Source: Malacoraja senta
Taxonomy: Eukaryota
Assembly: GCA_038087875.1 (NCBI GenBank)
Contig: CM075993.1
Span: 8,062,001 to 8,126,000, forward strand
Length of the DNA: 64,000 nucleotides
Reading direction: 5' to 3'
In this document: piece by piece, positions 52,741 through 64,000 of the stretch
How the letters are laid out: each line of letters begins with the position of its first letter
Numbering within the stretch: the first letter of the stretch is position 1
Position numbers and translations under genes: made by a program
The notes under the pieces: generated by a model
What the model was told of the DNA's origin: nothing
Seen by the model: only the letters and a program-made list of their open reading frames with translations
Databases searched by the model: none

Positions 52741-53128
52741 TATTGTTAAGGGCTTGGACACGCTAGAGGCAGGAAACTTGTTCCCGATGTTGGGGGAGTC
52801 CAGAACCAGGGGCCACAGTTTAAGAATAAGGAGTAAGCCATTTAGAACAGAGACGAGGAAACACTTTTTCTCACAGAGAGTGGTGAGTCTGTGGAATTCT
52901 CTGCCTCAGAGGGCGGTGGAGGCAGGTTCTCTGGATGCTTTAATGTTCTTGTTCTTGGTTTCTTGGTTTCTTTCAAGAGAGAGCTAGATAGGGCTCTTAA
53001 AAATAGCGGTCCGGGGATATGGGGAGAAGGCAGGAACGGGGTCCTGATTGGGGATGATCAGCCATGATCACATTGAATGGCGGTGCTGGCTCGAAGGGCC
53101 AAATGGCCTACTCCTGCACCTATTGTCT
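52741..53128 (+). mobile_element. CR1 LINE 3' fragment
   Basis: RTRGHSLRI..WNSLPQ; ATAAA repeated at both flanks. Confidence 0.92.
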
Positions 53129-54352
53129 ATAAAGGGTGCTTACAAAGTTACAAAGGTCCCCCTTTGTTCTTCCCCCCTCCCCCACGGCAGTCCCCCCACG
53201 TCGGGTTCTCCATTGTCCATTGTTCCATCCGGGGATTGTACTAAGCAATAATTTTACTGATCTGTATGTAAGAAAATAATCTCACTGCACCTTCGCACAA
53301 GTGATAATTAAGGAACCATTGAAACCATTGAACCATTAAATCTCAGCATGACACCTGAGTTCACAATCTCAGCATCTTGTTAGATTCAGCTCCTTGGGAT
53401 AATGGAATCGAGGGATATGGGGGAAAAGCAGGAACGGGATGATCAGCCATGATCATATTGAATGGCGGTGCTGGCTCAAAGGGCCGAATGGCCTGCTCCT
53501 GCACCTATTGTCTATGTTTCTGCATGAACAATGCCCTCAAGCCACCGCACCCTTTTTATTCAGTGACTAGAAGTCCCAGAATGTTTGAACTGATGTATCA
53601 CAGAACACATTGCAATGATTAATCAATGCTACCTAGTTTGAGAGGTGCAGAACATCCTGCAATCAATAGCACACAGGATATCTGTGACTGTTGCAAATCT
53701 GTTTTGAAGAGAAGGAGGGAGTCAGTTTAACACCGACTGACACTAGTCCGCTCGGAAGACACGTCCGACAGTCTATCACTCCGGGTTCTGACACTTCCTC
53801 ACAATCCACAGCATTGATCAATGACTGGCCTTGAAGGGAGAAGCCATCAATATCTGTCAGCGCTGGACAGAAAGGGGGAAAGGAAAGGGTTCTGAATACA
53901 CTGGATGTATTCAAGAGAGAGTTGAATATAGCTCTTAGGGCTAATGGAAAGGGATATGGGGGGAAAGCAGAAATTTGAATGGTGGTGCTGGCTCGAAGGG
54001 CTGAATGGCCTACTGCTGCACTTCCTTTCTATGTTTCTATGGTCACCAGCTCCAGCCCAGTCTTCACTCGCCGAAGCATCCAGCAGGAACACATTTTTCT
54101 TCAACTTCGTCGCCTTTGATCTCTCGTTGTCACACCTTACCCTTCCATATCTCTGTGTCTCCCTCTCTCCTGACTCTCAGTCTGAAGAAGGGTCTTGACC
54201 CAAAACGTCACCCATCCCTTCGACCCAGAGATGCTGCCTGTCCTGTTGAGTTACTTCCGCAATTTGTGTCTATCTTCCAGTAAACCAGCATCTGCAGTTC
54301 CTTCCTACACATCCAGCAGGAATGACTGCCCGACATCTTCCTCCCTCAATCC

Positions 54353-54560
54353 TCCCGGACCCACTGACCGCCGAGCACCTCCAGGTCCCTCAGATCGGCC
54401 GACTTGGGGGTTACTGACCATCCCGCGGTCTAGGCATAAGCTCAGGGGCGACCGCGTCTTTGCGGTTGCAGCTCCTAGACTGTGGAACAGCATCCCTCTT
54501 CCATCAGAACTGCCCCCTCCATCGACTCTTTTAAATCGAGACTTAAAACTCATCTTTACT
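54353..54560 (+). mobile_element. L2-clade LINE 3' fragment (duplicate of 56639-56847)
   Basis: SRSLRSAD..GDRVFAVAAPRLWNSIP. Confidence 0.88.
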
Positions 54561-54729
54561 TTTCTTACTTCTATCTTTCTCTTAAAGCTCAAAAAATGAA
54601 GCGGTATAAAAAATGTATTAAGATATAAGTGTGTATTACTGTAATTTACCGTACTTCTAATAAAAATAATTTTAAAAAAAATAAAAAATAAAAAAATCCT
54701 CGAGGACAGGTGACAACATTTGAGTAGCG

Positions 54730-55100
54730 AAAGGCCTGGATTGAGTGGATTTGGAGAGGATGTTTCCACTGGTGGAAAAGTCTAGGACCAGAGGCCATAG
54801 CCTCAGAATAAAAGGACATACCTTTAGCAGGGAGAAGAGGATGCATTTCTTTAGTCAGAGGGTGGTGCATCTGTGGAATTCCAAGGAATTCCACAGATGC
54901 ATCACTCTGACTAAAGAAATTCCTCCTCACGACTGACGGTCATGGAAGCCGTCAATGAATATTTTTAAGGCGGGGACTGACAGATTCTTGATTAGTACGG
55001 GTGTCAGGGGTTATGGGGCGAAGGCAGGAGAATGTGGTTGAGAGGGAAAGATAGATCAGCCATAATTGAATGGCGGAGTAGACTTGATGGGCTGAACTTA
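54730..55100 (+). mobile_element. CR1 LINE 3' fragment with internal inversion
   Basis: ERMFPLVEKSRTRGHSLRI. Confidence 0.85.
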
Positions 55101-55159
55101 TGAACACCCTTCCACAATAACTCTCAAGACCAGCGGCCTGCAAGGATGCGTTCTCAGTG

Positions 55160-56285
55160 TTCCCGCGATACCCCCTTTACACTCACGACTGTACGGCCAG
55201 ATTCGGCTCTAATACCGTCTACGGGTTTGCAGCTGACACCACTGCAGATCACGAATAATGACGAGACTGAGTACAGGAAGGAGATAGAGAGCTCAGTGAC
55301 ATGCTGCCAGGACAATACCCTCGCCTACAAGTAGCTAGTTGCAAAACAAAGAAATGCAGATGCTGGTTTATACCAAAGATAGAGACAAAGTGCTGGAGTA
55401 ACTCAGTGAGTCAGGCAGCATCATCAGACTTTAGGCTTAATCTTTATGGATACAGCGCAGAAACAGACCCTTCAGCCATGCAAGTCCGCGCCGACCAGCG
55501 ATCACCCCGTACACCAACACCATCCTACACACTCGGTACAATTTACAATTTTACTGAAGCCAATTAACCTACAAACTTGTACATCTTGATCATGATCAGC
55601 CATGATCACATTGAATGGCGGTGCTGCCTCGAAGGGCCGAATGGCCTACTCCTGCACCTATTGTCTATTATCTTTGGCGTGTGGGAGACCTGGAGAAAAC
55701 CCACGTGGTCACAGGGAGGATGTACAAACTCCGTACAGACAGCGCCCGTAGTCAGGATCGAACCTGGGTCAGTGGCGCTGTAAGGCAGCAACTTTACCGC
55801 TGCACCACTGTGCCGCCATGGAAAAAGGACAGGTGACGTTGCGGTTCAGGACTCTTCTTCAGCTAGTTATTGACTTCAGGAGGTGTGATGGAGTACATGG
55901 CCCAATCAGCAACCACTGAGAGCGTTCATCTGACCAATGATCTGTCATGGACCAACCACGTTGATGTGACAGCCAAGAAGGCTCTGCTTCCTGAGGAGTC
56001 TAAGGAAACTCAGCATGTGTCCAGTGACACTTACTAACGTCCACAGATGCACATTGAAAGCATACTGTCGGGTAGCTTCACAGCTTGGTTTGGGAACAGC
56101 TCTGACCAAGACCATTAGAAATTGCAGAGAATAATTGTAGATGTAGCCCAGTCCACACCACAGGCCAGACTTCCCACCGCTAACTCCATCTACAATTCAC
56201 ACTGACTCGGAAAAACAGCCAACGTAATCAAAAACGTATTTCAACCCAGTCATTCCTTAATCTCCCTGTTACCGTCGGGCAGAAG
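55160..56285 (+). mobile_element. Old fragmented Rex1/Babar LINE with nested SINE (~55448-55818) and Penelope pieces
   Basis: ITNNDETEYRKEIE..CQDN; LTNDLSWTNHVDVTAKKA; LLPSGRR. Confidence 0.75.
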
Positions 56286-56659
56286 ATCAATACTTCAATA
56301 CTGCTTTATTTGCCACACGTGCGACTGCAAAGTGTAATTCATTTTGCATATATTACACTTGCGGGCGCCGCCATTTTGGGGAGCATTATTCAAAGTGCAA
56401 ATTCCAGTCGGCAGGCGCGCTCATGAACTGAATCAGTTGCCGTCTCCTCTCCTCGCCCGGCCATCTTTGTGTCCCGGGGGAGCCTCCTGCGGCCGACCTT
56501 GAAGACGCTGGAGGCGTTACCCCGGTTCACACTCCTACCGGCCCTTGCTCCACACGGCCGACCGTCCGACGAGCCTTCGGGAGGGTTACCGGTCCCACCG
56601 ACCGCCGGGCCCGCTGACCAACGAGACTTCGGGCGGGTTCCCGGACCCACTGACCGCCG

Positions 56660-57015
56660 AGCACCTCCAGGTCCCTCAGATCGGCCGACTTGGGGGTTAC
56701 TGACCATCCCGCGGTCTAGGCATAAGCTCAGGGGCGACCGTGTCTTTGCGGTTGCAGCTCCTAGACTGTGGAACAGCATCCCTCTTCCCATCAGAACTGC
56801 CCCCTCCATCGACTCTTTTAAATCGAGACTTAAAACTCATCTTTACTCTCAAGTCTTTCTTGACGTCCTCTGATGGAGGGCTATATGTATGTATTTAGGT
56901 ATTTACTTAATCTATACACCACTGTTGTATAACGTTAGTACCTCAACCAATGTAAAGCACTTTGGTCAACGAGAGTTGTTTTTTAAACATGCTATAGAAA
57001 TAAAAGTGACTTGAT
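56660..57015 (+). mobile_element. L2-clade LINE 3' end
   Basis: LLTIPRSRHKLRGDRVFAVAAPRLWNSIPLPIRTAPSIDSFKSRLKTHLY; 3'UTR TGTAAAGCACTTTG..GCTATAGAAATAAA. Confidence 0.92.
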
Positions 57016-58258
57016 TTGTCGAGCCTTTGGGCGGGCGTCTCAGCCCCGCGACACCTCGAGAAAGCCTCCGCCGCGCGGCACAGTCACGGATGACACGTTC
57101 TTGATAGCGTGCACCACCAGACTCAGGAATAGATCCTCCCCCTCTGCCTGATAACATGGTCTTCCCATAAGCTCGGGCACTGTCTGATTCACCATTGCAG
57201 ACATTGGACTTTGTCTGAGGTACTGATGCACCACAATGCTGGGGACTATGCTCTGCATCTTCCTCTTGGCTCTCTCTATTGTACTTGAGTTTGACCTGAT
57301 TGTGCATGGCATGTCTGATCTGTTTGGATAGCAGGCAGAACAAGTACATGTGACAACAATAAACCAAAACCCTCAGTTGCATCTCAGTGTGAAGACAACG
57401 CCAACTCATCCCAAGCAAGAAAGAAACCTCAGCCATCGGGCTACATGTGTGGGGGGAACCGGACAGTTGCCATTTTGGGAGAAGACCCATCATCCAGACC
57501 CGAGACATCACCCGTCCTTTTTCTCCAGAGATGCTGCCCGACCCGCTGAGTTACTCCAGCACTTTGTGTCTATCTTCGGCATTAACCAGCATCTGCAGTT
57601 CCTTTCTACACACCCGATCTAAAAGCCTCCTGAATGCCATCACATCTGCCTCCACCACTACCCCTGGCAGACCAGTGGAGGCAGATAGGACAGTCTTGTA
57701 CCCCCATTTAATTTCCTGTTCCTCGGCTGACACTGACTGCCAGGCAACGGTCTGGAACGTTGCAGAGTGTAGATTTAGTTAGAATAACAGAGGGCGAGGA
57801 AGTGAAACTGGTTCACCTTCCTGTAGCCTGAAGCCATAAGTAGTGCTCTCGAAGGATGTTAGAACTAATTACACGCTTATGAAATTAGAAACATAGAGAC
57901 ATAGAAAATAGGTGCAGGAATACGCCATTCGGCCCTTCAAGCCAGCACAATATGGTCATGGCTGATCATCCAAATTCAGTAGCCTGTTCTGTCTTTTTCC
58001 CCCATATCCCTTGATTCCCTTAGTCCAAGGAGCTAAATCTAAGCTCTTGCCGATTTTTTCGGCGACTGCCGGCGTCATATCAGGGTCGCCAAAAGATTTT
58101 GAACATTTCGAAATCCAGGCCCTTAAGTGGGACAGGCCCTTTTACTCTCTCTTGAAAACTAGGTCAATGTTAGTACTAAGCAATCAGGATAGCAAACAGT
58201 CTGACCATCAGCCTATTTAACTACCACCTCCAAATAAGCTCCAAACTACAGAGACTTA

Positions 58259-58538
58259 TGGGCCTGTCCCACTTAGGTGATTTTCTCGGCGACTGTCATA
58301 GTCGTGGCAGGTCGCCAAAAAAATTCAGTCGCCGGTTGACGTAGGTAGTCGCCAATGGAATTCACCAAAGTCAGCACTGGCGACAACCCACGTAATCCTG
58401 GCGACAACCTACGACAAGCCGACTGTTGCCGAAAAGTTTTGAACATTTCAAACTCCAGCGGTGACCAGAAAAACGCTACGATTCTTTGGGCGACTGAGGA
58501 GACGACTCACGACCTGTAGTCGCCTAAGTGGGAAAGGG
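58259..58538. mobile_element. PIF/Harbinger-type MITE, family B (another partial copy at ~58044-58141)
   Basis: TTA then TGGGCCTGTCCCACTTAGG ... CCTAAGTGGGA; interior rich in GTCGCC/GGCGAC. Confidence 0.8.
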
Positions 58539-58912
58539 GAATTGTTTAGGAAGGAACTGCAGATGCTGGTTTAAACCAAAGATAGACACGAAATGCTGGA
58601 GTAACTCAACGGGAATTACAGAATCTCTGGAGTAAAGAAATATGTGACGTTTCAGGTCGAGACCCTTCTTCAGACTCAACCCGAAATGTCACCTATTCCT
58701 TTCCCCCAGAGATGCTATCTGACCCGCAGAGTTACTCCAGCTTTTTGTGTCTGTCTTGCGGGGCATTGTTTTTGTATTTGTTCTATGATATATATCCATA
58801 TATCGTGCTGCTGCAAGTAAGAATTTCACTGTTCCATTTCGGGACATATAACAATAAAACACTCTTGACTCTCTTGACGAAGGGTCTCAACCGGAAACAA
58901 TGCCTTCCACAG

Positions 58913-59112
58913 NNNNNNNNNNNNNNNNNNNNNNNNNNNNNNNNNNNNNNNNNNNNNNNNNNNNNNNNNNNNNNNNNNNNNNNNNNNNNNNNNNNNNNNN
59001 NNNNNNNNNNNNNNNNNNNNNNNNNNNNNNNNNNNNNNNNNNNNNNNNNNNNNNNNNNNNNNNNNNNNNNNNNNNNNNNNNNNNNNNNNNNNNNNNNNNN
59101 NNNNNNNNNNNN
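58913..59112. other. Assembly gap (200 N)
   Basis: Run of N. Confidence 1.
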
Positions 59113-59792
59113 ATACCTTATACACCAGGTTTCCAAAAAGGAAGGAACTGCAGATGCTGGTCCGAAGAAGGGTATCGACCTGAAATGTCACCTAGTCCTT
59201 CAATCTTCCAAAACCATCTGTTTAAGAAGTAACTGCAGATGCTGGAAAAATCGAAAGTAGACAAAAAACCATCTGATGAGTTTCCTAGCCTGATCACTCT
59301 GGGGCGGCACAGTGGCGCAGTGGTAGGGTTGCTGCACCTTGTACCTTGTGGTCATCACTTCCAAAGAGTCCACCAGGGACTATACTGGAAGTTGGACAAT
59401 TTATACTGGAAAATATTTACATTTACCAAGCCGATTAACCTACAACCCTGTACGTCTTTGGAATGTGGGAGGAGACTGAAGATCTCGGACAAAACCCACG
59501 CAGGTCACGGGGAGAAGGTACAAACTCCGTACAGACAGCACCCGTAGTCGGGATCAAACCCAGGTCTACGGCGCTGCATTTTGCTGTAAGGCAGCAACTC
59601 TACCGCTGCGCCATCATGACTGCCCGATCCTGACGACAGGTGCTGTCTGTACGGAATCTGTACGCTCCCCCCGTGACCGCGTGGGTTCCGTCCCGGTGCT
59701 CCGGTATTCTAAAGACGTGCAGGTTTGTAGGTTAATTGACTTCTGTATAAAAATTGTCCCTGGTGTACAGAATAAAACTGGTGTGGACAGGT

Positions 59793-59885
59793 CTGAAGAA
59801 GGATTTCGGCCCGAAACGTTGCCTATTTCCTTTGCTCCATAGATGCTGCTGCACCCGCTGAGTTTCTCCAGCATTTTTGTGTACC
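59793..59885 (+). mobile_element. Penelope-derived hammerhead mini-element inside a V-SINE (~59620-59961)
   Basis: 10-bp TSD GTGGACAGGT (59783-59792, 59886-59895). Confidence 0.88.
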
Positions 59886-60984
59886 GTGGACAGGTGATGG
59901 TTGGTCAGTGTGGACTCGGTGGGCCGAAGGGCCTGTTCCAACGCTGTATATCTAAACTAAACCGTGCCAATCTCTGTTGAGCAATGCAAGAAAACAAGGA
60001 ACTCTCCTCGATTCTACGCTACTCTCTTGTAACTCATGACAGCTGGTACAATTATTCACTACATGGAAGGTCGGGATTGTTACATCCAAAGTTTCTTGGC
60101 ATGGGATACTCCACGGATGAGTAATTCAAAGATTGCAGGAATGTTTTTTGTTACTTAAAATAATTCCTGTCAATTCAATGAAGAACCAATGTTTATTCAT
60201 GTACTTCCATGTCAACTCAATCCATCCATCCAATTCAAACAGAACGAGTCAATTGCAGAGGCAATTAAAATGAGAAAAATAGCAAGTAGGATTGAAAGTG
60301 CCTTGATAAAAATTATTAAGGTCGTTTGAAATGGGAAAAATGGGCTGAGAATTGTTCTGTAGATAAGTTCCTTTTTCATGGGGTTCTTCATGATATTGTG
60401 CATTGGAGTCGGAGTCGTACGGTACAAAAACAAGCCATTCGGCCCGTCTAGTCTACACTAACCATTAAACCACCCATTTAAACTAATCCTATACTCATAC
60501 CAATTTTTCTCTTTATATTCCAATCAACTCCCATTGATTCCTTTGACACGCCAGAAACAATTTATAATTACCAATTATCCTGCAAGTCTTTAGGATGTGG
60601 GAGAAGACAATAGACAATAGGTGCAAGAGTAGGCCATTCAGCCCTTTGAGCCAGCACCGCCATTCAATATGATCATGGCTGATCATCCCCAATCAGTACC
60701 CCGTTCCTGCCTTCTCGCCATATCCCCCTGACTCCGCTATCTTTAAGAGCCCGATCTAGCTCTCTCTTGAAAGCATCCAGAGAATTGGTCTCCACTGCCT
60801 TCTGAGGCAGAGAATTCCACAGATTAACAACTCTCTAGGTGAAAAAGTTTTTCTTTATCTCCGTTCTAAATGACTTACCCCTTATTCTTGAACTGTGGCC
60901 CCTGGTTCTGGACTCCCCCAACATCGGGAACATGTTTCCTGCCTCTAGCGTGTCCAAGCCCTTAATAATCTTATATGTTTCAAT

Positions 60985-61125
60985 CTTCTTCTTCTTGCGT
61001 ATGGCGTGCACAGCCTAAAGTTGTAGGACAACTTGTTCTACTTGATCTTATTTAATTGTGCACACCGGGTTGATTGCATTCGTCGAAACAGGGTGGACCA
61101 CGTGAAGGTTGCAATCTCCCACCCC
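60985..61125 (-). mobile_element. Short (AAG)n-tailed retroposon with intact HDV-like ribozyme head
   Basis: 11-bp TSD TATGTTTCAAT (60974-60984, 61127-61137); tail GCACGCCATACGC(AAG)n. Confidence 0.92.
61072..61125 (-). ncRNA. Minimal HDV/CPEB3-like self-cleaving ribozyme (54 nt, predicted)
   Basis: GGGGUGG GA GAUUGCA ACC UUCACGU GGU CCACCCU GU UUCGA CGAA UGCAAUC = P1, J1/2, P2, P3, L3, P3', P1', J1.1/4, mini-P4, J4/2, P2'. Confidence 0.88.
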
Positions 61126-61717
61126 TTATGTTTCAATAAGATTCCCTCTCATCCTTCTAAATTCCAGAGTATACAAGCCCAGCCACTCCATTCTATCAAT
61201 ATATGACAGTCCTGTCATCCCAGGAATTAACCTTGTGACTGTACGCTGCACTCCCTCAATAGCAAGAATGTCCTTCCTCAAATTTGAAGACCAAAACTTG
61301 CAGCACATGTAGGAAACCCACATGGAAGCTGCACGTGGACCCAGCACTGGAAGTTAGGATAGATGTGGGCTGAATGGCCTCGTTAGTTTAGTTTAGTTTA
61401 GAGGTACAACATGGAAGCGGGCACTTCAGCCCACAGAGTCCATGACGACCAGCGATGATCACCCATATACCAATTCCATTGCATACACTAGGGACAATTT
61501 ACAGCAGGCAATTAACCTACCCGGAGAAAACCCATGGAGCAAACATACAAACTGTGGAGACAGCCCCTATAATCAGGATTGAACCGGGGTCTCTATAAAC
61601 CATTTTCCCCCTTGCACTTCCGTCACGCCCCATTGATTCTCGTGCCGCCTCTCTTGTTCGTCAAGGTGTGGTTACCAGTAGAGTATTTCATTCCCTGGCT
61701 CTCTCCTTTTCACAACA

Positions 61718-62032
61718 GGGCGGCAGGGGGGTGCAACGGTAGAGTTGCTGCCTTACACCGGCAAAGACCGAGGTTCGATCCTGACGACAGGTGCTGCCTG
61801 TACGGAGTTTGCACGTTCTCCCCGTGACCAGTGCGGGTTTTCCCCAAGATCTTCGGTTTCCTCCCACCCTCCAAAGACGTACAGGTTTGTAGGTTAATTG
61901 ACTTGGTATAAATGTAAATTGTCCCTATTGTGTGTAGGATAGTGTTAATGTGCGGGGATCGCTGGTCGGTGAAGACTTGGTGGGCCGAAGGGCCTGTTTC
62001 CGCGATGTATTTCTGAACTAAACTAATCTAAA
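61718..62032 (+). mobile_element. V-SINE (HE1-like), full length
   Basis: Complete head, core and tail; further copies at ~61383-61590, ~62546-62822, ~63790-63912. Confidence 0.87.
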
Positions 62033-63236
62033 CAAAGCAGCACGTATAGGAAACATCACAAAATGTGGGCCACAATGTTTGAAAAGCTCTCCTTTGTTTT
62101 ATGTTTGACTGAGGATGAACTGGCCAATTCCCAAACTTCTTCTGGCCTCAAGTTTAAGTTTACTGGATACAAATGGCATGCAGATAATCCCAGTGTATGG
62201 CAGAATCATTCCTCATTAATACCATATCCAACACTCGTGCAGTGACATTAGTTATTCGAATCAGCAGCTAAACAAAGTTTCAATGAACATTTGAAGAAGG
62301 GTCTCAACCAGAAACGTCACCTATTTCCTATTCTCCAGAGACGCTGCCTATCCCGCTGAGTTACTGCAGCTTTTTGTGTCTATCTTCGGTTTAAACCAGC
62401 ATCTGCAGTTCCTTCCTGAACATGTGATGAAAACTGATTACATTTTCTTCAGAGGAATGAGGCTAAAATTCTTGTAAATAATTCTTGCAAATGCCCAAAG
62501 CATTCAGAATTCCTCTGTTCCACCTGAGCAGGAAGAATACGTCAAGTGTCGCAGCTCGAAGAACCGCTTCCTCACAGGGCCAGAGACCCGGGTTTGATCC
62601 AGACCTCGGGTGCTGCCTGTGTGGAGTTTGCACGTTCTCCCTGTGACCGTGTGGGTTTCCTCCGGGTGCTCCGGCTCCCTCCCACACCCCAAAGACGTGC
62701 GGGTTTGCAAGTTAATTGGCCTTCTGTAAAATTTTCCCTGGTGTGCAAATGTTGGATAACATGGAACGAGTGTGAACGGGTGATTGATGGTCGGCATGGA
62801 CTCGATGGGCCGAAGGGCCTATATTCATTCAGGTTTCTATCAATTAATCAAACAAACCGGTCCCATAAATAGTTCTAAAGATAGACACAAAAGGCTGGAG
62901 CAACTCAGCGGGACAGGCAGCATCTCTGGAGTGAAGGAATGGGTGACGTTTCGGGTCCAGACCCTTCTTCAGACTGCTTCAAGTCCTTTCCTTCTTGGAC
63001 TCCCAGGCTAAATGATGACTTGCAGTCTAATGAAACAGGAAGTAATCTTCCGTGTGTCTTGCGGACAACACTAACCAAGTCTGCTGACCTAGTATTTCTG
63101 CAAAGCTCGTTTTCTTTGGTCTGTTTGCCACAACAACTTACACTTGACTAATGTGGCTGACCTTTGGAGCTGTTACAAAAGGACACGGCGTTCACTGGCA
63201 CAGCTTGTTAGTGAAATGTTATCATTAACTTTGGTG

Positions 63237-63530
63237 TAGTTTAGTTTAGTTTAGAGATGCAGCGCGGAAACAGGCCCTTCGGCCCACCGAGTCCACCCCG
63301 ACCAGCGACCCCCCCCCCCCACACACTTACACTATCCTACACTAGACTGGGGACAATTTATAATTATACCGGGCCAATTAACTTACAAACCTGTACGTCT
63401 TTGGGGTGTGGGAGGAAACCGGAGCACCTGGAGAAAACGCACGCGGTCTCAGTCCAGACAGCACCCGTAGTCAGGATCGAACCTGAGTCTCTGGCGCTGT
63501 GAGGCAGCAACTCTACCGCTGTGCCACCGT
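63237..63530 (-). mobile_element. V-SINE (HE1-like)
   Basis: Family similarity to other copies. Confidence 0.85.
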
Positions 63531-64000
63531 ACGTGTGAGTGAAAATAAAACTATCACTTATTTTTTAAGTTTAATTTAGTTTGGTTTAGAGATACAGCAT
63601 TGAAGCAGCCCTCTCGGTTTACCCTGGCCATCGATCACCCGCTCACACAAGTTGTACGTTATTCCTCTTTTTTTGTAAAGCAGCATCTGCAGTTCCTTGT
63701 ATCTAAATACAACCTGGGTTTGGATAAAGCACAGCCTAGTGGTTTTGAGCAGTATTACTGAGACCGCCTCTGTAGCTTTGCTTTCAGTCTAGTTTAGTTT
63801 AGTTTAGTTTAGAGATACAACGCGGAAACAGGCCCTTCGGCCCACCCAGTCCACGCCAACCAGCGATCCCCACACATGAACAATATCCTACACACACTCG
63901 GGACAATTTTACATTGACTTTGGGCTGGTGCAGCTGACCATTGACTGAGCAAGACTGAGGGAAGCTGGTGGCCCTGAACGTCCAGTGGCAGGTGAGGCTG

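Larger units (their letters stand above)
60606..61310 (-). mobile_element. CR1 LINE 3' fragment, interrupted at 60985-61125
   Basis: LRKDILAIEGVQR..RRMRGNLIET; CR1 tail. Confidence 0.92.

Overview
Vertebrate genomic DNA, most likely from a cartilaginous fish (skate/ray-like; inferred from the repeat complement only). There are two 200-N gaps. I found no recognisable intact host protein-coding sequence: nearly all ORF-track entries are repeat-derived or low-complexity. Content: a CpG island with a modular ETS/GC-box/CCAAT promoter and a probable non-coding first exon on the minus strand (~6.8-8.3 kb), a decayed Tc1 transposon, Harbinger-type MITEs, and dense nested retroelements (CR1, Rex1/Babar, L2, tRNA-derived V-SINEs, a DeuSINE, Penelope GIY-YIG fragments). 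Two ribozyme-bearing short retroelement families stand out. (1) A ~140-bp element with TSDs and an (AAG)n tail whose first 54 nt fold into a complete minimal HDV/CPEB3-like ribozyme (intact at 61072-61125 minus; deleted copy at 23936). (2) Dozens of Penelope-derived, often fold-back, mini-elements carrying minimal hammerhead motifs and 7-18 bp TSDs. Repeat boundaries are approximate unless a TSD is quoted.
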